Assembly (NCBI RefSeq): GCF_006345805.1
Contig: NC_043004.1
Location: 11,284,001 to 11,348,000 of the forward strand
Source of the DNA: Octopus sinensis
Taxonomy: Eukaryota
Direction of reading: 5' to 3'
DNA length: 64,000 bases
Below the pieces are notes generated by a model, which was given only the letters and a program-made list of their open reading frames with translations, ran no database searches and had not been told where the DNA came from. Shown piece after piece: positions 12,594-26,208 of the stretch (the first letter of the stretch is position 1; every line of letters begins with the position of its first letter). The position numbers were made by a program, and so were the translations under genes.

Positions 12594-12810
12594 TTAACCA
12601 CTATGGAAGATGCCCGTGTGTATATGGCATAGTGATTAAGAGCGCGGATACTAACCCCAAGATTCCGAGTTCGATTCCAAGCAGTGACCTGAATAACAAT
12701 AATAATAATAACATCGGGAAAATACCTTAGGAATGAGAATCCGGGTTCATAGTTCATCTAGGACACCTGATGAAGGCTGGAGAGTACATCAGCCGAAACT
12801 TTGTATTAAT
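12594..12810 (+). mobile_element. tRNA-head + hammerhead composite element
   Basis: Box A TGGCATAGTGATTAAG (12625), box B GAGTTCGATTCC (12667), then ACAC-CTGATGA-A-GGCTGG..TCAGCC-GAAAC-TTT-GTAT (12763-12806). Confidence 0.6.
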
Positions 12811-13656
12811 AAATTTGTGGTTTATACTAATTCGTTCAAAAATTCTCCTAAAGTAATCGAGTTTTTCGCTCAGCGTCGTGAGTTCGAGAGTTAGAGTAAT
12901 TAGCTTTCTCTCAAGAGCTTGGTGTGAAAATTTGCCATAAAGAATTTGTGAAGTGTGATCTTATTATTCCCCGAACATTTTATTATCATGCTTAACCATT
13001 CAATATGGCGACACAGAGTGTTGATATTTTCTTCAAGTTTTGTTTTCCATTTGCGGTGATTTCATTTAGTAATTTCATTACTATGTTTACTTCAGATTTT
13101 TCCTAGGTATTCTTTGATTGATAGCAGGTGTGTATATTAAGGTATTTATATTCCGGTAATTAGCGTCGCATGAATCCATGTGTTCCCCAGCGTCATCGTC
13201 GATAACTTTCATCATTAGAGCAGTTAGACATTTCATTCATCTTGTTGAAAATATCCTGTTTCTCAATGATAATTTCCAAAAGGTAAACAATTGAACTAAG
13301 CAATATCAATTTTTATCTAGCTACTTATTACACTTCAATCAAGCGTTCTTTTACACAAATAAGGAATGGCAATACCTAGGACATTTTTAAGGACCACGAA
13401 GACTCATAGGACAACAGACGGAAACTATACTAACTTGGCTGAGTACATGCTGTAGAGTGGACTCTGTTAAGGGTGCTCAATGACATAGCAGTGTTTTTTA
13501 AACCGTAAGATAGTTTGTCTATTACTAAAGTACATGAAAAATCGATGTTCAAAACCAATAACACAAACAAATAATCATGTTATAACAATCCTTAAATTTC
13601 CTACTAGCATCGCCACGAGAAACTACCGCCACCAATACTACCATCACCGATATCAC

Positions 13657-13688
<32 letters not shown>

Positions 13689-14988
13689 CGTTATTAAACT
13701 GCATGTAATGGCCTCCATCGAGTATTGGTCGTTTTAATGACTAACCTTCTGTGGTTGAATTGCGAGGTAGTTTAATGTGGCTGCAGGTTATTCTGCCGGC
13801 ACACGCCAACCGGTTGACTTCAGATGACCTCACTATTCTGTTTAACACAGTTAATTTCGGTGAAGCCTATAAAGATATCCTTAATAGCGTTAATCTATTT
13901 AGTCATAATGGCTATTTCTGCTTGACTCAGTGACAGCTATATGATGTAGCCGTTAATCGGAGACGATTAGAAAATAACAATGCAATACTAATTATACCTC
14001 CACCCACACTGCCAATACTTGTTATCTTTTTAATTCATTCGTTTAATCTTTTATTCATTCAAGTAGTCCGTCATTATTTCCACCCTGTTTTATCATCTAC
14101 GATTTTTTAATAATAATCTTTATGTTCACGATCGTGTTAGTACCACAAAGCGAAATGTATGATAAAAACAGTATTGCTGTTTCAATCCTTAGTTCGATCG
14201 CAATTCTAAATTATCTTCCCTTACTTATTTGTTAACATCGAGGGACTTAAATCTTCACTTGACTCTCTTTTCTGATAACAGTAAAGAAAGGGAAAGAAAT
14301 ATAAAAGAGCAAGACTGTATGATTCAAATCATCCGCTTTGAAAGTACATAGGTTCGGGTTCAAACGTATTGTTACGCATTTTGAATTAAAGTTTTGTCTT
14401 ATAGCCTTGGACTGACTCAAGTCTGGTGAATGAAAATGGGTAGACACAATACGCATTGGAAGCTTGCGAATGTATTAGCAATTATCCTGAGCGCTCGACA
14501 TCGTCCAATGCACGTTTTGCCTCACTCCTGAGAAACTTTAAATTAAGCCCCTCTGTTGCAATGTTTCGGGCTAGGTCTTTGGCCTGTAGTTAACTTTCTC
14601 CCTTGAACCCACTCGCTTTGCAGACTCCAAAAATGGCCACGAGCGCTTGATTAATCCATTCAACACTACAAAGAAATTTGATAAGCTTCATTATAATTAA
14701 CCAATGGGTATCAACGAATCAGCCGATAAATCAATTGCTTATAACTTGTCAGCAACACTGTGTTGCCCATGTCCAACATACTTATTTTTTTCATGCCTCA
14801 TTGCATTTCGCTACGCGTTGATAGCATATGGGAAATGATTCGGTGCTGTAAAATGCCACACGAAATTAAATTGGCATCTATTTCGTTACTTTGTAGTGTG
14901 AAGCTGACATGTGTTAATGACCATAGACCACGAAGGAAATACATTACAACCATTTTAAATATATTTATCTCGCGTTACTAAAGACACA

Positions 14989-15279
14989 GTGGAGGCACAT
15001 GGCCTAGTGGTTAGAGCAGCAGACTCGCGGGTTCGAATCTCAGACCGGGCGATGTGTGTGTTTATGAGCAACACATTTAAGCTCCACGCGGCTCCGGCAG
15101 AAGGTAATGGCGAACTTCTATGACTCTTTCGCCACAACTTTCTCTCACAATTTCCTCCTGCATCTTGCAGCTCACCTGCGACGGACCGGAGTCCCGTCCA
15201 GGTAGAGAACCTATACGCGAAAGAAGCCGGGAAACCTGTCCATATGAGCCAGGCCTGGCTCGAGAAGGAACAAACAAAC
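14989..15279 (+). mobile_element. tRNA-derived SINE
   Basis: TGGCCTAGTGGTTAGAGCAGC...GGTTCGAATC head; body shared with 62093-62442; AAAC-rich tail. Confidence 0.75.
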
Positions 15280-15286
15280 TAAAGAC

Positions 15287-15630
15287 ACAGGCATTGCTGT
15301 ATGGTAAGAAGTTTGCTTCCAAACCGCATGGTTGCGGGTCCACTCCCAATATGTGCCACCATGGATAAGTGTCTTCTCCTATAACCTCGAACCGACCAAA
15401 GTTTCCTGAGTGGATTTTGTCGTATATATATATTTGTGCGTGTTTGTGTGCGCACGCTTGTCATACGGTGTTGGTGTGTTTACGTCTTCGTAATTTAGCG
15501 CTCAAAATAAGAGACAGATAAAATAAGTACCAGCCTTAAAAATCAATGGATTCGATTCGTTCGACTGAAAATAATTACAGGCAGTGCCCCAGAATGGCTG
15601 AAGTCCAGTGACTGAAAAAGCAAAGGAAGG
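15287..15630 (+). mobile_element. tRNA-derived SINE (family with CR1-like tail)
   Basis: GCTGTATGGTAAGAAGTTTGCTTCC head and GGCAGTGCCCCAGAATGGC tail, same organisation as 63137-63545. Confidence 0.7.
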
Positions 15631-15944
15631 CAAAATGTAAGTACAAAGCCTGAGTTTGGCTGCAATTGTTTAGTCAATTACACAGAGTTGAGTGAACGGA
15701 TATGCTTCAATAGAAGTACCATGAGTTCACCTAGCTTCCAGGAGCAGAGAATATTATAGTAGCAGTAAGGTGGCTAGAGAGAGGAGACAATCTGTTGGTG
15801 ACTTCATTAGTAAAGCAAATGACAGGAAACGAATCACAGAAGCCTGGAAATGAAACGAAACTAGTTCTACATAATACGCAGAATGCAAAGCTATAATATC
15901 CATTTCCTAAAATACATTTCTCTCAACGATTTAATCATGTCTTA

Positions 15945-16312
15945 ACTTTTACTTGTTTAAGCCATTCCACTGCGGCCATACTGGGGCACAACTATGAAGC
16001 GTTTTTTTCTTTGTTTTTCTTTTTTTTTTGCTTTCTTTCTCTTTTGTCCAATGTCAGAGTTTCATATTTATTCTAACCCACTGTTTTGCTGAGCTGCTAA
16101 CTTACTGGTCCGTAAATAAACCAGCCGAGGTTATCAAGCAGTAGGTTGGAGCAAAAAACACACACACACACAAACACACACATATATATTTACGCCGGGT
16201 TTCCGCACTGTTTCCTCTCTAACACATCATTCACAGGGCACTGGTCAGTCCCTGGCTATAGCAAAAGCTATTTGGGCAAGATAACGCGTTGTGGGATTAA
16301 ACTCGAAACCAC
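15945..16312 (-). mobile_element. SINE (CR1-tail family), decayed
   Basis: TTTTACTTGTTTAAGCCATTCCACTGCGGCCATACTGGGGCAC is the reverse complement of the family tail. Confidence 0.65.
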
Positions 16313-17526
16313 TAGTTATAAGAGTAACTGGAATAGCTTCAACGAACGAGGTACAGTAAAATAAATAAATGAAGTGAATCAACAACAGAGGCGACAAAAC
16401 ATGAACAAATGGCAAAACTTAGAAGAGAGAAACTGATGTAACTGAAACCTTACACGATATTCATTCAGTCCATCGTTAAATCCATTCTCTAACGTCGCTA
16501 ATTTAATTACGGTGACAATAATTGTAATTAGAATCATTCAGTTTTCTTAATATAAATATATGTCAAGTAAGAAGGAAAAAATATTTGTGAAATTTGAATG
16601 TAGAGGTTTTATCGATTATATTTCAGATGAGTTATATTGGTCAGGAGAGAACTATCAACAATATCAATATTTTACTTGAATGATTTAGTTGAATCTATCC
16701 TGATGTCATTTAACATTAATTGGCCAAGTTCCAGTTTCTTTTATATGCTATAAATTGACATTATAGCATTTTGAAGGAAGAAAGAGAAAAATATTTACTC
16801 CGTTGTCCGACATTAGACACATTTCACTGCTAGTCAGGAAGTGAGGTATTTTCAACACACCATCGTGTGAAGATGTACTTCTATTCATCAGAACAATGAA
16901 CTTCCTCATGTCATTATCATCTTGGAGGCAACGAACAATTCATCTTCGTTCTGAAATTTTGGAATTAAGCAAAGGAAACTTATAAATACTAAAAGATATT
17001 CTAACGCTTATTGTTACTCAGGAAGGAAGAAGCTTAAATGTAGTTTTCCTGTTAGTTTCAAACATTAGGATTACTGAGGATATACAAACGTGAAATGTCT
17101 TCGCCTGTCAATAGTTAGGAAATATTAACTCATGTCTTCTAAGAGCAAAGGTAGCAGGTTGTATGATAATTCTAAATCAATTTCAAGGAAATAGTAATTC
17201 TCTGTAAATTAGAAATCAATTCTGAACAGGTGAATCGAGAAATGAGACTCGCTTTTTATTCCAGGGTTCAAAATTTATTCGAATTCTTCTTACACCGAAA
17301 ATAGTGAAAATTAAAATTCCTTTCTTAAAACCACGAATTAAAGAGGACATGCTATCTGCCGGGAATATCCGTTCATGGATAGATTTCATTTTGGAATGGT
17401 AATTTGGAATGGTATTACACTACATTACTAGTACTTCAAGAAAATACATATCTCTGTTCTGTCCAGATGTCTTTTAAATATGATGGTATGAGGCCATCAT
17501 CTAATGATCAATATGATCATTAGATG

Positions 17527-17927
17527 AAAGCGGCGAGCCGGCACAAACGTTAGCACGCCGGGCGAAATGCCTAGCGGTATTTCGTCTGCTGCTACGTTCT
17601 GAGTTCAAATTCCGCCCAGGTAGACTTTGCCCTTCATCCTTTCGGGGTCGATAAATTAAGTACCAGTTGCGCACTAGGGTCGATATAATCGATTTAATCC
17701 CTTTGTCTGTCCTTGTTTGTTCTCTCTGTGTTTAGCCCCTTGTGGGTAGTAAAGAAATAGGTATTTCGTCTGCCGCTACATTCTAAGTTCAAATTCCGCC
17801 AAGGTCGACTTTACCTATCATCCTTTCGCGGTCGATCAAATAAGTACCAGTTACACACTTAATGCGTATGTCTGTCCTTGTTTGTCTCCTCTATGTTTAG
17901 GCCCTTGTGGGCAATAGAGAAATAAGA
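17527..17927 (+). mobile_element. Nin-like SINE with internal partial duplication
   Basis: GGCGAGCCGGCACAAACGTTAGCACGCCGGGCGAAATG head; the GGTATTTCGTCTGC...CCCTTGTGGG block occurs twice. Confidence 0.8.
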
Positions 17928-18278
17928 TAATGGCCTCATGCACATCTGAAATGGAAATGAAGTCGTAGAGATATACACGGTCGCTGAGAGGACTTCCCAA
18001 CACTATTACGACCCTTAAACTACAATGTATAATTATTAATCTAGCAAACTATAAATTCAGAAACTTTTTCATCTTATATATCACATACAATTTGAAACAT
18101 TATTCCTGCAATTTTCTATTTATTTATTATTTAGAGAAAAAAATATGGTATTTGTCTTTCCTTTGCTCGAACAAATTCATGTGTAAAACAATCACATTTT
18201 CTCTCTCTCGCTTGCACTTACATGTAGTATATATACACAGACATATACACCCTTATGTATATATACAGATATTTGCCT

Positions 18279-18314
<36 letters not shown>

Positions 18315-18373
18315 ATACATATATATATGTATATATGTATATTTACATATATGTATGTATATATATATGTATA

Positions 18374-18440
<67 letters not shown>

Positions 18441-18729
18441 ACTTAAATATATGCATGTACGCATATACTGTATCACCGAGTTCAGGATAAGTTGTATTAC
18501 AGTAAGGGTAATGTAATCTTATGTGTATGTGAATGTGTGTGAGTGTGTGCGTGTATGTGCGTATGTGTGTGCGTGTGTGTGCGTGTGTGTGCGTGTGTGT
18601 GGGCGTGTGTGTGCGTGTGTGTGTGTGTGCGTGTATGTGTGTGCATATACACACATATAAACATGCATGTGTGTATATACATCGATATATGTATATCTGC
18701 TTACACACACATATATATACATACCTATG

Positions 18730-18811
<82 letters not shown>

Positions 18812-18819
18812 CCTATCTA

Positions 18820-18855
<36 letters not shown>

Positions 18856-19043
18856 GGAGTGTAAAACCTAAACACTAAGCTACGAGATCATGAAATATCC
18901 GGAAATTAGCGATCGTGATTATGTAGAATCTAACATATCACTGCATTGCATCAGAAGCTGACCGCATAGTGTGATTCTAATCTGTCATGTGATAAAATTT
19001 TTACTACCAATGAGCATATGAATGACTCTCTCGCTCTTTCTTT

Positions 19044-19081
<38 letters not shown>

Positions 19082-20322
19082 CTCTCTTTCAATCTGTCTC
19101 TCTCACTTGACCGGTAGTTCATAAATTCTAATTTTCCACCATAATATTATGGTTTTCGCATAAGCTGAAGACTTAAGATAAGTGGAGAGACAGATAGTTG
19201 ATTCTCTCGACCCCAGTACTTGAGTGATCCTTTATTTCATCGAGTACTGAGGACTGAAATTCAAAAATGAAAATGTGACGTCGGCTGGATTTGAACCCAG
19301 ACCGTAATGAGCCTGAAGATATAACGTGAGACATTTTATCTGACTTTTCTACAATTCTGCAGATCCATGGCACTCCATTGGTACTCTGTATATAATGAGG
19401 ATATCTCATCCTACCGCAAGAGTATATTTGAAAATCTTGACTCCAATTTATTGCCGGTACACGCAGAACGGACCTTGGGGTAACAATATACTAACCGGGT
19501 CACCCAGTCTCTCTTTTCCTTTTCGTATGTGATTTGAACTCAGAATAGATATATGTTAACCATACTTTATTTCAAAATGTTTCCCGCAATGCATTACTAG
19601 TACATAATCCACCATAGGTTAGGGAAATACTAAAATTAATACCTCCCATCCCACACTCTCTGCCTTCGAAGTTGTTTGAACCCAGTGCGTTATATCTGAT
19701 TAGTCATCCAGTGAAGCAATCTATTGCTTCTCCCAACTCGCTAACTCATCTCTTTATTCTCTCGAGGTAGAGGCTATAAATAATATATCGTAAAACATTC
19801 TTACCAGGTTCAAATATCGATTATGTAAATACACATTTCCTCGAGGTTTTTCCGTGTTGAAGAGTAGAGCATTTATCTTCTTAATTTGGCAGTGTTTCAA
19901 GGGAGGAAATGTTTCGGAAAGTTACCCCCAGGGAAATCACTGTAATATGGCTTCATACACTCACCACTAGGGAAACAGCAATGAAAACAATAACAAGAGG
20001 AAGTAGAAAGGGAAAAGGACAAACAAGGAATGAACTAATTACGTCTCGCAAGAGAAGTGATGCAACAGACTGTAATAGAATTATGGGAAATCGCAAGAAA
20101 TGTCAGGTCTTCTATGGAACTGTTCTCAAAGAAATACTTTTATATTTCGTTAAAAGTTGAGTCATGGCATCATCTTCATCTTCATTCGCAGATTTCTTGG
20201 CCAATCATTCTCTTTCTCGATTTTAGCTTCTGAAGTATTTTTGTTATTCTACTTTTCGTTCTTGCTGTCCAAGTTGATGTTGTTGTTGTTATTGTTGTAT
20301 TGTTGGTATTATTCTTCGTCTG

Positions 20323-20365
<43 letters not shown>

Positions 20366-20366
<1 letters not shown>

Positions 20367-20570
20367 CCTTTCTACTAAAGGCGCGAGGCCTGAAATTTGC
20401 GGGACGGTAGGTGGGGAGGACTAGTTGGGTATATCGACCCCACTGCGTAATTGGTACTCATTTCATCGACCCCGAAAAGCTGAAAAGCAAAGTCAACCTC
20501 AACGGATTTGAACTCAGAACGCAAAAACGGACGAAATACTGTTCAGCAGTTCGCCCGGCGCTCGCCACCT
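20366..20570 (-). mobile_element. Nin-like SINE
   Basis: Reverse complement of the 17527 family (TGGTACTCATTTCATCGACCCCGAAAAGCTGAAAAGCAAAGTCAACC). Confidence 0.75.
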
Positions 20571-20571
20571 C

Positions 20572-20858
20572 AGTAGTAGTATTAGTAGTAGTAGTAGTGG
20601 TGGTGGTGGTGGCGGTGGTGGTGGTGGTGGTAGTAGCAGTTATAGTAGTAGTAGTAGGAGCAGGAGTTGTAGTAGTAGTAATAGTAGCAGCAGCAGTAGT
20701 AGTAGTAGCAGTCACAGCAGCAGCAGCAGCAGTGGTAGTAGTAGTAGCAGCAGCAGTTATATTAGTAGTAGTAGTAGCAGCAGCAGTTGTAGTAGGAGTA
20801 GTAGTAGGAGTAGTAGTAGTAGTAGTAGTAGTAGTTGTAGCAGCAGCAGTTGTAATAG

Positions 20859-20892
<34 letters not shown>

Positions 20893-20969
20893 TGTAGCAG
20901 CAGCAGTTGTATTAGTAGTAGTAGAAGCAGCAGCAGCAGTAGTAGTAATAGCAGTAGTAGTAGTAGTAT
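20572..20969. repeat. Compound (GTA)/(GCA)/(GTG) trinucleotide repeat
   Basis: Directly visible; produces the poly-V/A and poly-T ORFs. Confidence 0.95.
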
Positions 20970-21599
20970 CTTTATTAGCCACAGGGTCACATATTGCAAA
21001 ACGAAACGTGTCAGGCACAAGAGCTCAACGAAATTTTTTGTACATAGAAAGTGTGTTTATGTGTGTGTGTGCGTTCGTTTATAATAAGGAGGAAAACGAA
21101 GAGACAAACGTAACACATTATATCAAGTCAGGAAAAAAATTTCGTACAGCAGTTGAAAATTATATAAAATATAGGTAACTACCGACACGAGACATGTTGG
21201 ACCCTCTTACGTTTCTCCTATTTCGATCGTAGGTCAAGTTTTGAAGGGTTCTGCACATTCTGACCCGTGATCCCCTAGTTGTTGATAGTTTGATGATGCA
21301 GTGTTTATAAACCTTGAAGCCTTTTCGATTGCCTGATACTTTTTACCCAATTCCTCGTAAATGAAAACGTTTATTTCTTCCTCCTTTAGTGTCAACATAA
21401 ATCCATCTAGAAAATGGTGAACTTTTCAAATTACGTTACATGTAGATACTCCAAGAAAACCGGTACATGTTCGAACAAGACTTGCATCCTCTTCCTTGTC
21501 TAAGCGATATTTATTTTATTTCATACTAGTTAACCATGCTTATCCAACTTAAATTTCCTAATTCTCAGAAAACAAGTTTGTACTGCTGAGAAAGGACTT

Positions 21600-23240
21600 G
21601 AACAAGGGGGACATATGGATGATATTAGACCCGTAACTTTGTTAAACGCAGCGCAAGATTTTGGCCAACGTGTTAAGCAAAAGATTGACGCTGTCGTCGA
21701 TAAACTGGTCGGTGATGCCCCCAAAATGCTCTATCCCAAACAGATCTAACGATGACAACCTCTACTTCACGATCATATCATAAAGATGGTAAGGAGCCTG
21801 GGATGGGATTAATCCTGATCAATTTGAATCGAGACCTTTTGATAGGGTCGACTACCAGTACTAGGGGACTGTCCTCGTGGCGGCAAACTTCAGTCCCGTT
21901 TCCAGATTCTGGATCGCTGCAATGTATAGCGACAACTATTCGATAATCAACGTAAATGGGAGCTTAGAATCTGTTAGCATCGCACGTTCGGTTCCTCAAG
22001 TATGCCCACTCTCGCCCCTTCTGAGCGTGCTGGCTTCTGAACCATTGCTACAGTAGCTGGGTATTTTGTGGGGAATCCCATATGAGCATGGAAGCGGGAG
22101 GTTCGTTTCGGTTGATGCGAGATGTCATCGTAATAGCTTCAAATATCTCGGCAAAAAGGGTAATAGGTACTACCCAAAAGTAGTACGAAGACGTGACAGA
22201 AAGAAAGATTAACCAGAATTCGGTGGGTCTGCAGCTCGGCAGCTGAAGAGGCAGGTATATGCCGTCAGTTAGCGACATAGAGCGCTCGACGGGAGGACCA
22301 ATTAAATCTATTGGAGTCTTGGTTTGGTCTCCATTTTCAGGAGGCCAGGAAGTGGCACGGGGGTGACACGTAGGGCGACAACTCTCATCCAGAAACAAGA
22401 TGTGAGGAACCAGTTCCAAGAGGTGACGAATGCGTATATCCTTTCCATTATCATCTACTACCTCCTGATTGCCGAGCCTTGCCCTGCTATTAAAGCTGGA
22501 TCTCTTACTCTTCTTCTTCTTCTTGCAGAAGCTGGGCGGCATGCTGTGGATATTGAAGAGCAGAAATGAGCTAAGGTTGCGATGCTGCCGGCGTTTCCTT
22601 AACGGTGAGCAGGTGTGGTCGCTGTTGTCAGAAGGGAGTTTTTGCAGCTTATTGCATTCAAGGAGCTGAAGTCCTGGATCAAGTGTACACCGAGTAAAGG
22701 TTCTTGGCACCAGGACTATCGGCAAGCGATTACTGTCCTCGGCTAGTCGGGCAATGCTGTGAATGGAAATCCTACATTCGAGTTCTAGAGGGATTGATGG
22801 CGACTAACTGCCACGTCGTCCTCTGGAAGTCTCGCGGTGTCAGGGGAAAATCAATTAGCTGTTATTTTCCAGAGATCTTTCGGGCCAGGACCTATGGATA
22901 ATTTCCAGAAATCCATGGCCTGGTAGCGTTACTGGAGACATTCTGCTAGTTCGTGACAAGCTCAGAGAGAACGGAAGGCCTGTCTGACGGGCCTATCCGA
23001 GTGTAATGAAACCGTTCTGCATGCGCTTGTCCGATGTCTTGACAAAATCGAACAGCTGTTGTCGCCTGTAGGACGGATCCCGATACTGACGAATCTTACT
23101 GTTTAAATTTTATTTTAATAGCTATTGTTTTACTGTAAACATTTTCGTGTCAAGTCCCAATTATTCCTTGTTTTTGCATCGTCTTTTTGTTTTGTGTTCA
23201 GCCTTTGATTTGTGTTCAGCCGTGTGTCAAATAAAGAAAA
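21600..23240 (+). mobile_element. Decayed Tx1/L1-clade LINE reverse transcriptase region
   Basis: Frameshifted motifs RPVTLLNA..KILANVLSKRL, INLN...FDRVD and RSVPQVCPLSPLLSVLASEPLL (QGCPLSP-like). AATAAA and an A-rich end near 23230. Confidence 0.75.
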
Positions 23241-23260
23241 TATTATTATTGCTATCATCA

Positions 23261-23307
<47 letters not shown>

Positions 23308-23310
<3 letters not shown>

Positions 23311-23833
23311 TAGTTTTATTTTTATAGCGTGCTTTCACTTCACTACCGAGCGCAGCTCTGTGTGCCTTAGGTATGTGCTGTGATTTGTTGTGATGCTCTG
23401 ATGGTTATTGCATGGAAAGTGTTCTGCGTAGGATGTGTGCTGTGCCTAGTAGTGCAATTTTCTGTAAGTTATATATATTTGTAAGTCCTGGTGTTTTTGT
23501 TATGTATTTGTCTGAATATTTTTTTATCATGCCTAATGCACCTACTATGATAGGAATTGTTTCTGTTTTTAGATTCCACATTCTGGTTACCTCTATTTCC
23601 AGGTCTTTGTATTTTGAAAGTTTCTCCATTTCTTTTAGAGACACGTTGTCATCTGCCGGTATTGATACATCAATTAGAAAGCATTTTTTTTCTTCATGAT
23701 CTCTGACAACTCTATCTGGTCTGTTGGCCTTAATTTCTATATCTGTGTGTATCGGCATATCCCAGAGTATGGTTACTTTCTCGTTTTCTGTGACCTTTTC
23801 TGGTGTGTGCCTATACCATCTTTTTCCTGTTGT
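23308..23833 (-). mobile_element. R4/Dong-like non-LTR retrotransposon 3' end inserted in (TAA)n
   Basis: Open frame WYRHTPEKVTENEKVTILWD...NRPD...IDVSIP...KEMEKLSKYKDL...IPIIVGALG...LQKIALLGTAHILRRTL, a restriction-like endonuclease domain. Short 3' UTR then (TAA)n. Confidence 0.9.
23405..23830 (-). pseudogene. 5'-truncated REL endonuclease domain of R4/Dong-like LINE
   Basis: RPD-x-D-x-E-K motif of restriction-like endonucleases. The listed ORF's N-terminus is microsatellite read-through. Confidence 0.85.
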
Positions 23834-23936
23834 TATTATTATAATTATAATTATTATTATTATTTTATTATTATTATTATTATTATTATTAGTAGTAGTA
23901 GTAGTAGTAGTACTAGTACTAGTAGTAGTAGTAGTG

Positions 23937-24147
23937 AGGCGGTGACCTGGCAGAATCGTCAGCACGTCGGGCGTAATCCTAGTATTTCATTTGTTTTTAC
24001 GTTCTAAGTTGAGGTCGACTTTGCTTTCCATCCTTTCGGGGTCAGTAAATTAAGTACCAGTTGCGTACTGAGTTCGATCTAATCGACTGCCCCCCGCCCC
24101 ATCACCATCAAATTTCAGACCTTGTACCTATGACAGAAAGGTTTTAT
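23937..24147 (+). mobile_element. Nin-like SINE
   Basis: GGCGGTGACCTGGCAGAATCGTCAGCAC...GAGGTCGACTTTGCTTTCCATCCTTTCGGGG. Confidence 0.75.
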
Positions 24148-24269
24148 TACCTCCGCTTTACCGAAGGTGGAGGTATTATTTTCTGTCACGTTTGTTTGTT
24201 TGTCCGTTGTCAAGATATCTCAAGAATCACTAGATGGATTCGGATGAAATGCTCATATGGTTGTGACTA

Positions 24270-24520
24270 CGTGTTGTCATTGTTTATTTTATTAGTTATT
24301 TACTATATAGAGTGTGCCTTGCGTTCGTGGAATGTTTTGTTAGGGTGGTATTATTGAATTAATAATATCCTGCGTAGGATGTGGGATGTTTCTAGTAGGG
24401 CAACTTTTGAGAATGTGTGTAGTGTTGAGAGTCCATGTTTTTAACATAATCAGTGTTCTATTTATTATTGGTATTGTTTTCATTTCATGCCCCTCATCCT
24501 GAATACTTCAATTTCAAGAT
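24270..24520 (-). mobile_element. Second, decayed R4/Dong-like LINE 3' fragment
   Basis: Minus-strand remnants LEIEVFRMRGMK...KVALLETSHILRRI match the end of the 23405 domain. Confidence 0.7.
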
Positions 24521-24532
24521 TATTATTATTAT

Positions 24533-24935
24533 TGAGTGAGAGAGCAGTGCATGCCATCAAAGTGAGACTGGGGTAAAATATACGAAGCCCAGTATACCCA
24601 TCATGACTTCCCGTCTGATTAGTGTATACTAGGCACATGCGTCACAACCATATGTGCGCGACATAGTAATCTCATATCAAGATAAACAGCACGTGATCTT
24701 GCTGGTGGGGCCCAGTTAGAATTTTCTTCTGGTCGAGTAGCCCATCCCGCCCAAAAGGTCCCTGAATATTGGTTGTTTAAGGATGTTGAACAAAACACCC
24801 ATGTTTCCAGAGGTGAATTATTCGAACCCCAAAGAAACCCTCTCAGCATATGGCTATGATGCTCCCCCACTACTTCTGCTCATGATCAGAGATGCATATC
24901 GTCAGCCACTAAGGGACATGCTCAACTGGTTAAGG
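24533..24935 (-). mobile_element. Interspersed non-coding repeat embedded in (TTA)n, copy 2
   Basis: Matches 2038-2400; bounded by (TTA)n. Confidence 0.75.
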
Positions 24936-24937
24936 TA

Positions 24938-25000
<63 letters not shown>

Positions 25001-25029
25001 CATCATCATCATCATCACCATCATCATCA

Positions 25030-25069
<40 letters not shown>

Positions 25070-25386
25070 TACTATTATTATTATTGTAGTTGTTGGTATT
25101 GTTATAATAATAATTATTATTAATAGCCTTGTATAATTATTAGTCTTGTGACAACCGAAATAAATCTGTGTTAATCTTGTTATTAACATTAATGCTATTC
25201 CTAATATTTTTGTGACTATCCAGGCGTGTGTAAGCGCTCGCTCACTAGTGTGTTTAAATATGTGTGAATTAATACTTTTTCATCTATCCATTATATGTAT
25301 GTATATACGTACGTAATTAAATAATATATACGTACGAATATATATATCTAAATATATATACATATATATGTATGTATATATATATG

Positions 25387-25430
<44 letters not shown>

Positions 25431-25482
25431 TATATTATTATATATATATATATATATATAATATATATATATTATATATATA

Positions 25483-25530
<48 letters not shown>

Positions 25531-25996
25531 ATATCACTATGTAACACTCCATTATCTATTGCTTGGTGTTCGCTTGTTCGCTTATATCTTTCGTCTTTTG
25601 ATTTCGTCTCCTTGCGGCAAAGAAAGAAATCACAGTAACCATTATGATATTATTATCACTGCTATTGTTTATTGTTATATTATTCTTGTTATTATAGTTA
25701 CTGATATCATATTATCATCATTATAATCCTCATAATCCGACGTTTGCTTCTCGTTCTCTTCATCCTATTCATCACTAATAATATTTTGTAGAATTATTTC
25801 AGTATTGCCATTTTACATACACACAAACATGAACAGATACACATATAAATTCTGTCTCGTTTTTTTCACTCTGTCTCTCTCACTCTTTCTTTCTCTCTCT
25901 CTCTCTCTCTCTTTCACACACGCATACACACGAGCACACGCATATAAATGCTTACATATATAAATGTACACATACAGCCACACACACACATATATG

Positions 25997-26049
<53 letters not shown>

Positions 26050-26121
26050 AGACACATTCATATACACACTTACATACAAACATACACACACCACACACAC
26101 ACATATATATATATATACATA

Positions 26122-26208
<87 letters not shown>

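Noticed and set aside
12830-14760. Possible hAT (12830-13300) and pogo (14500-14760) transposase fossils
   Set aside because: Only vague motif fragments; no TIRs or TSDs found.
14989-15060. tRNA genes at box A/B motifs (also 10790-10855, 62093, 63140)
   Set aside because: No complete cloverleaf; each continues into a SINE body.
20411-21178. 255-aa poly-Val/Ala ORF and antisense 186-aa Thr-rich mucin-like ORF
   Set aside because: Built from a GTA/GCA trinucleotide array plus SINE sequence; no splice or domain evidence.
22048-22725. 225-aa minus-strand ORF
   Set aside because: Antisense to the decayed Tx1-like RT; no independent homology visible.
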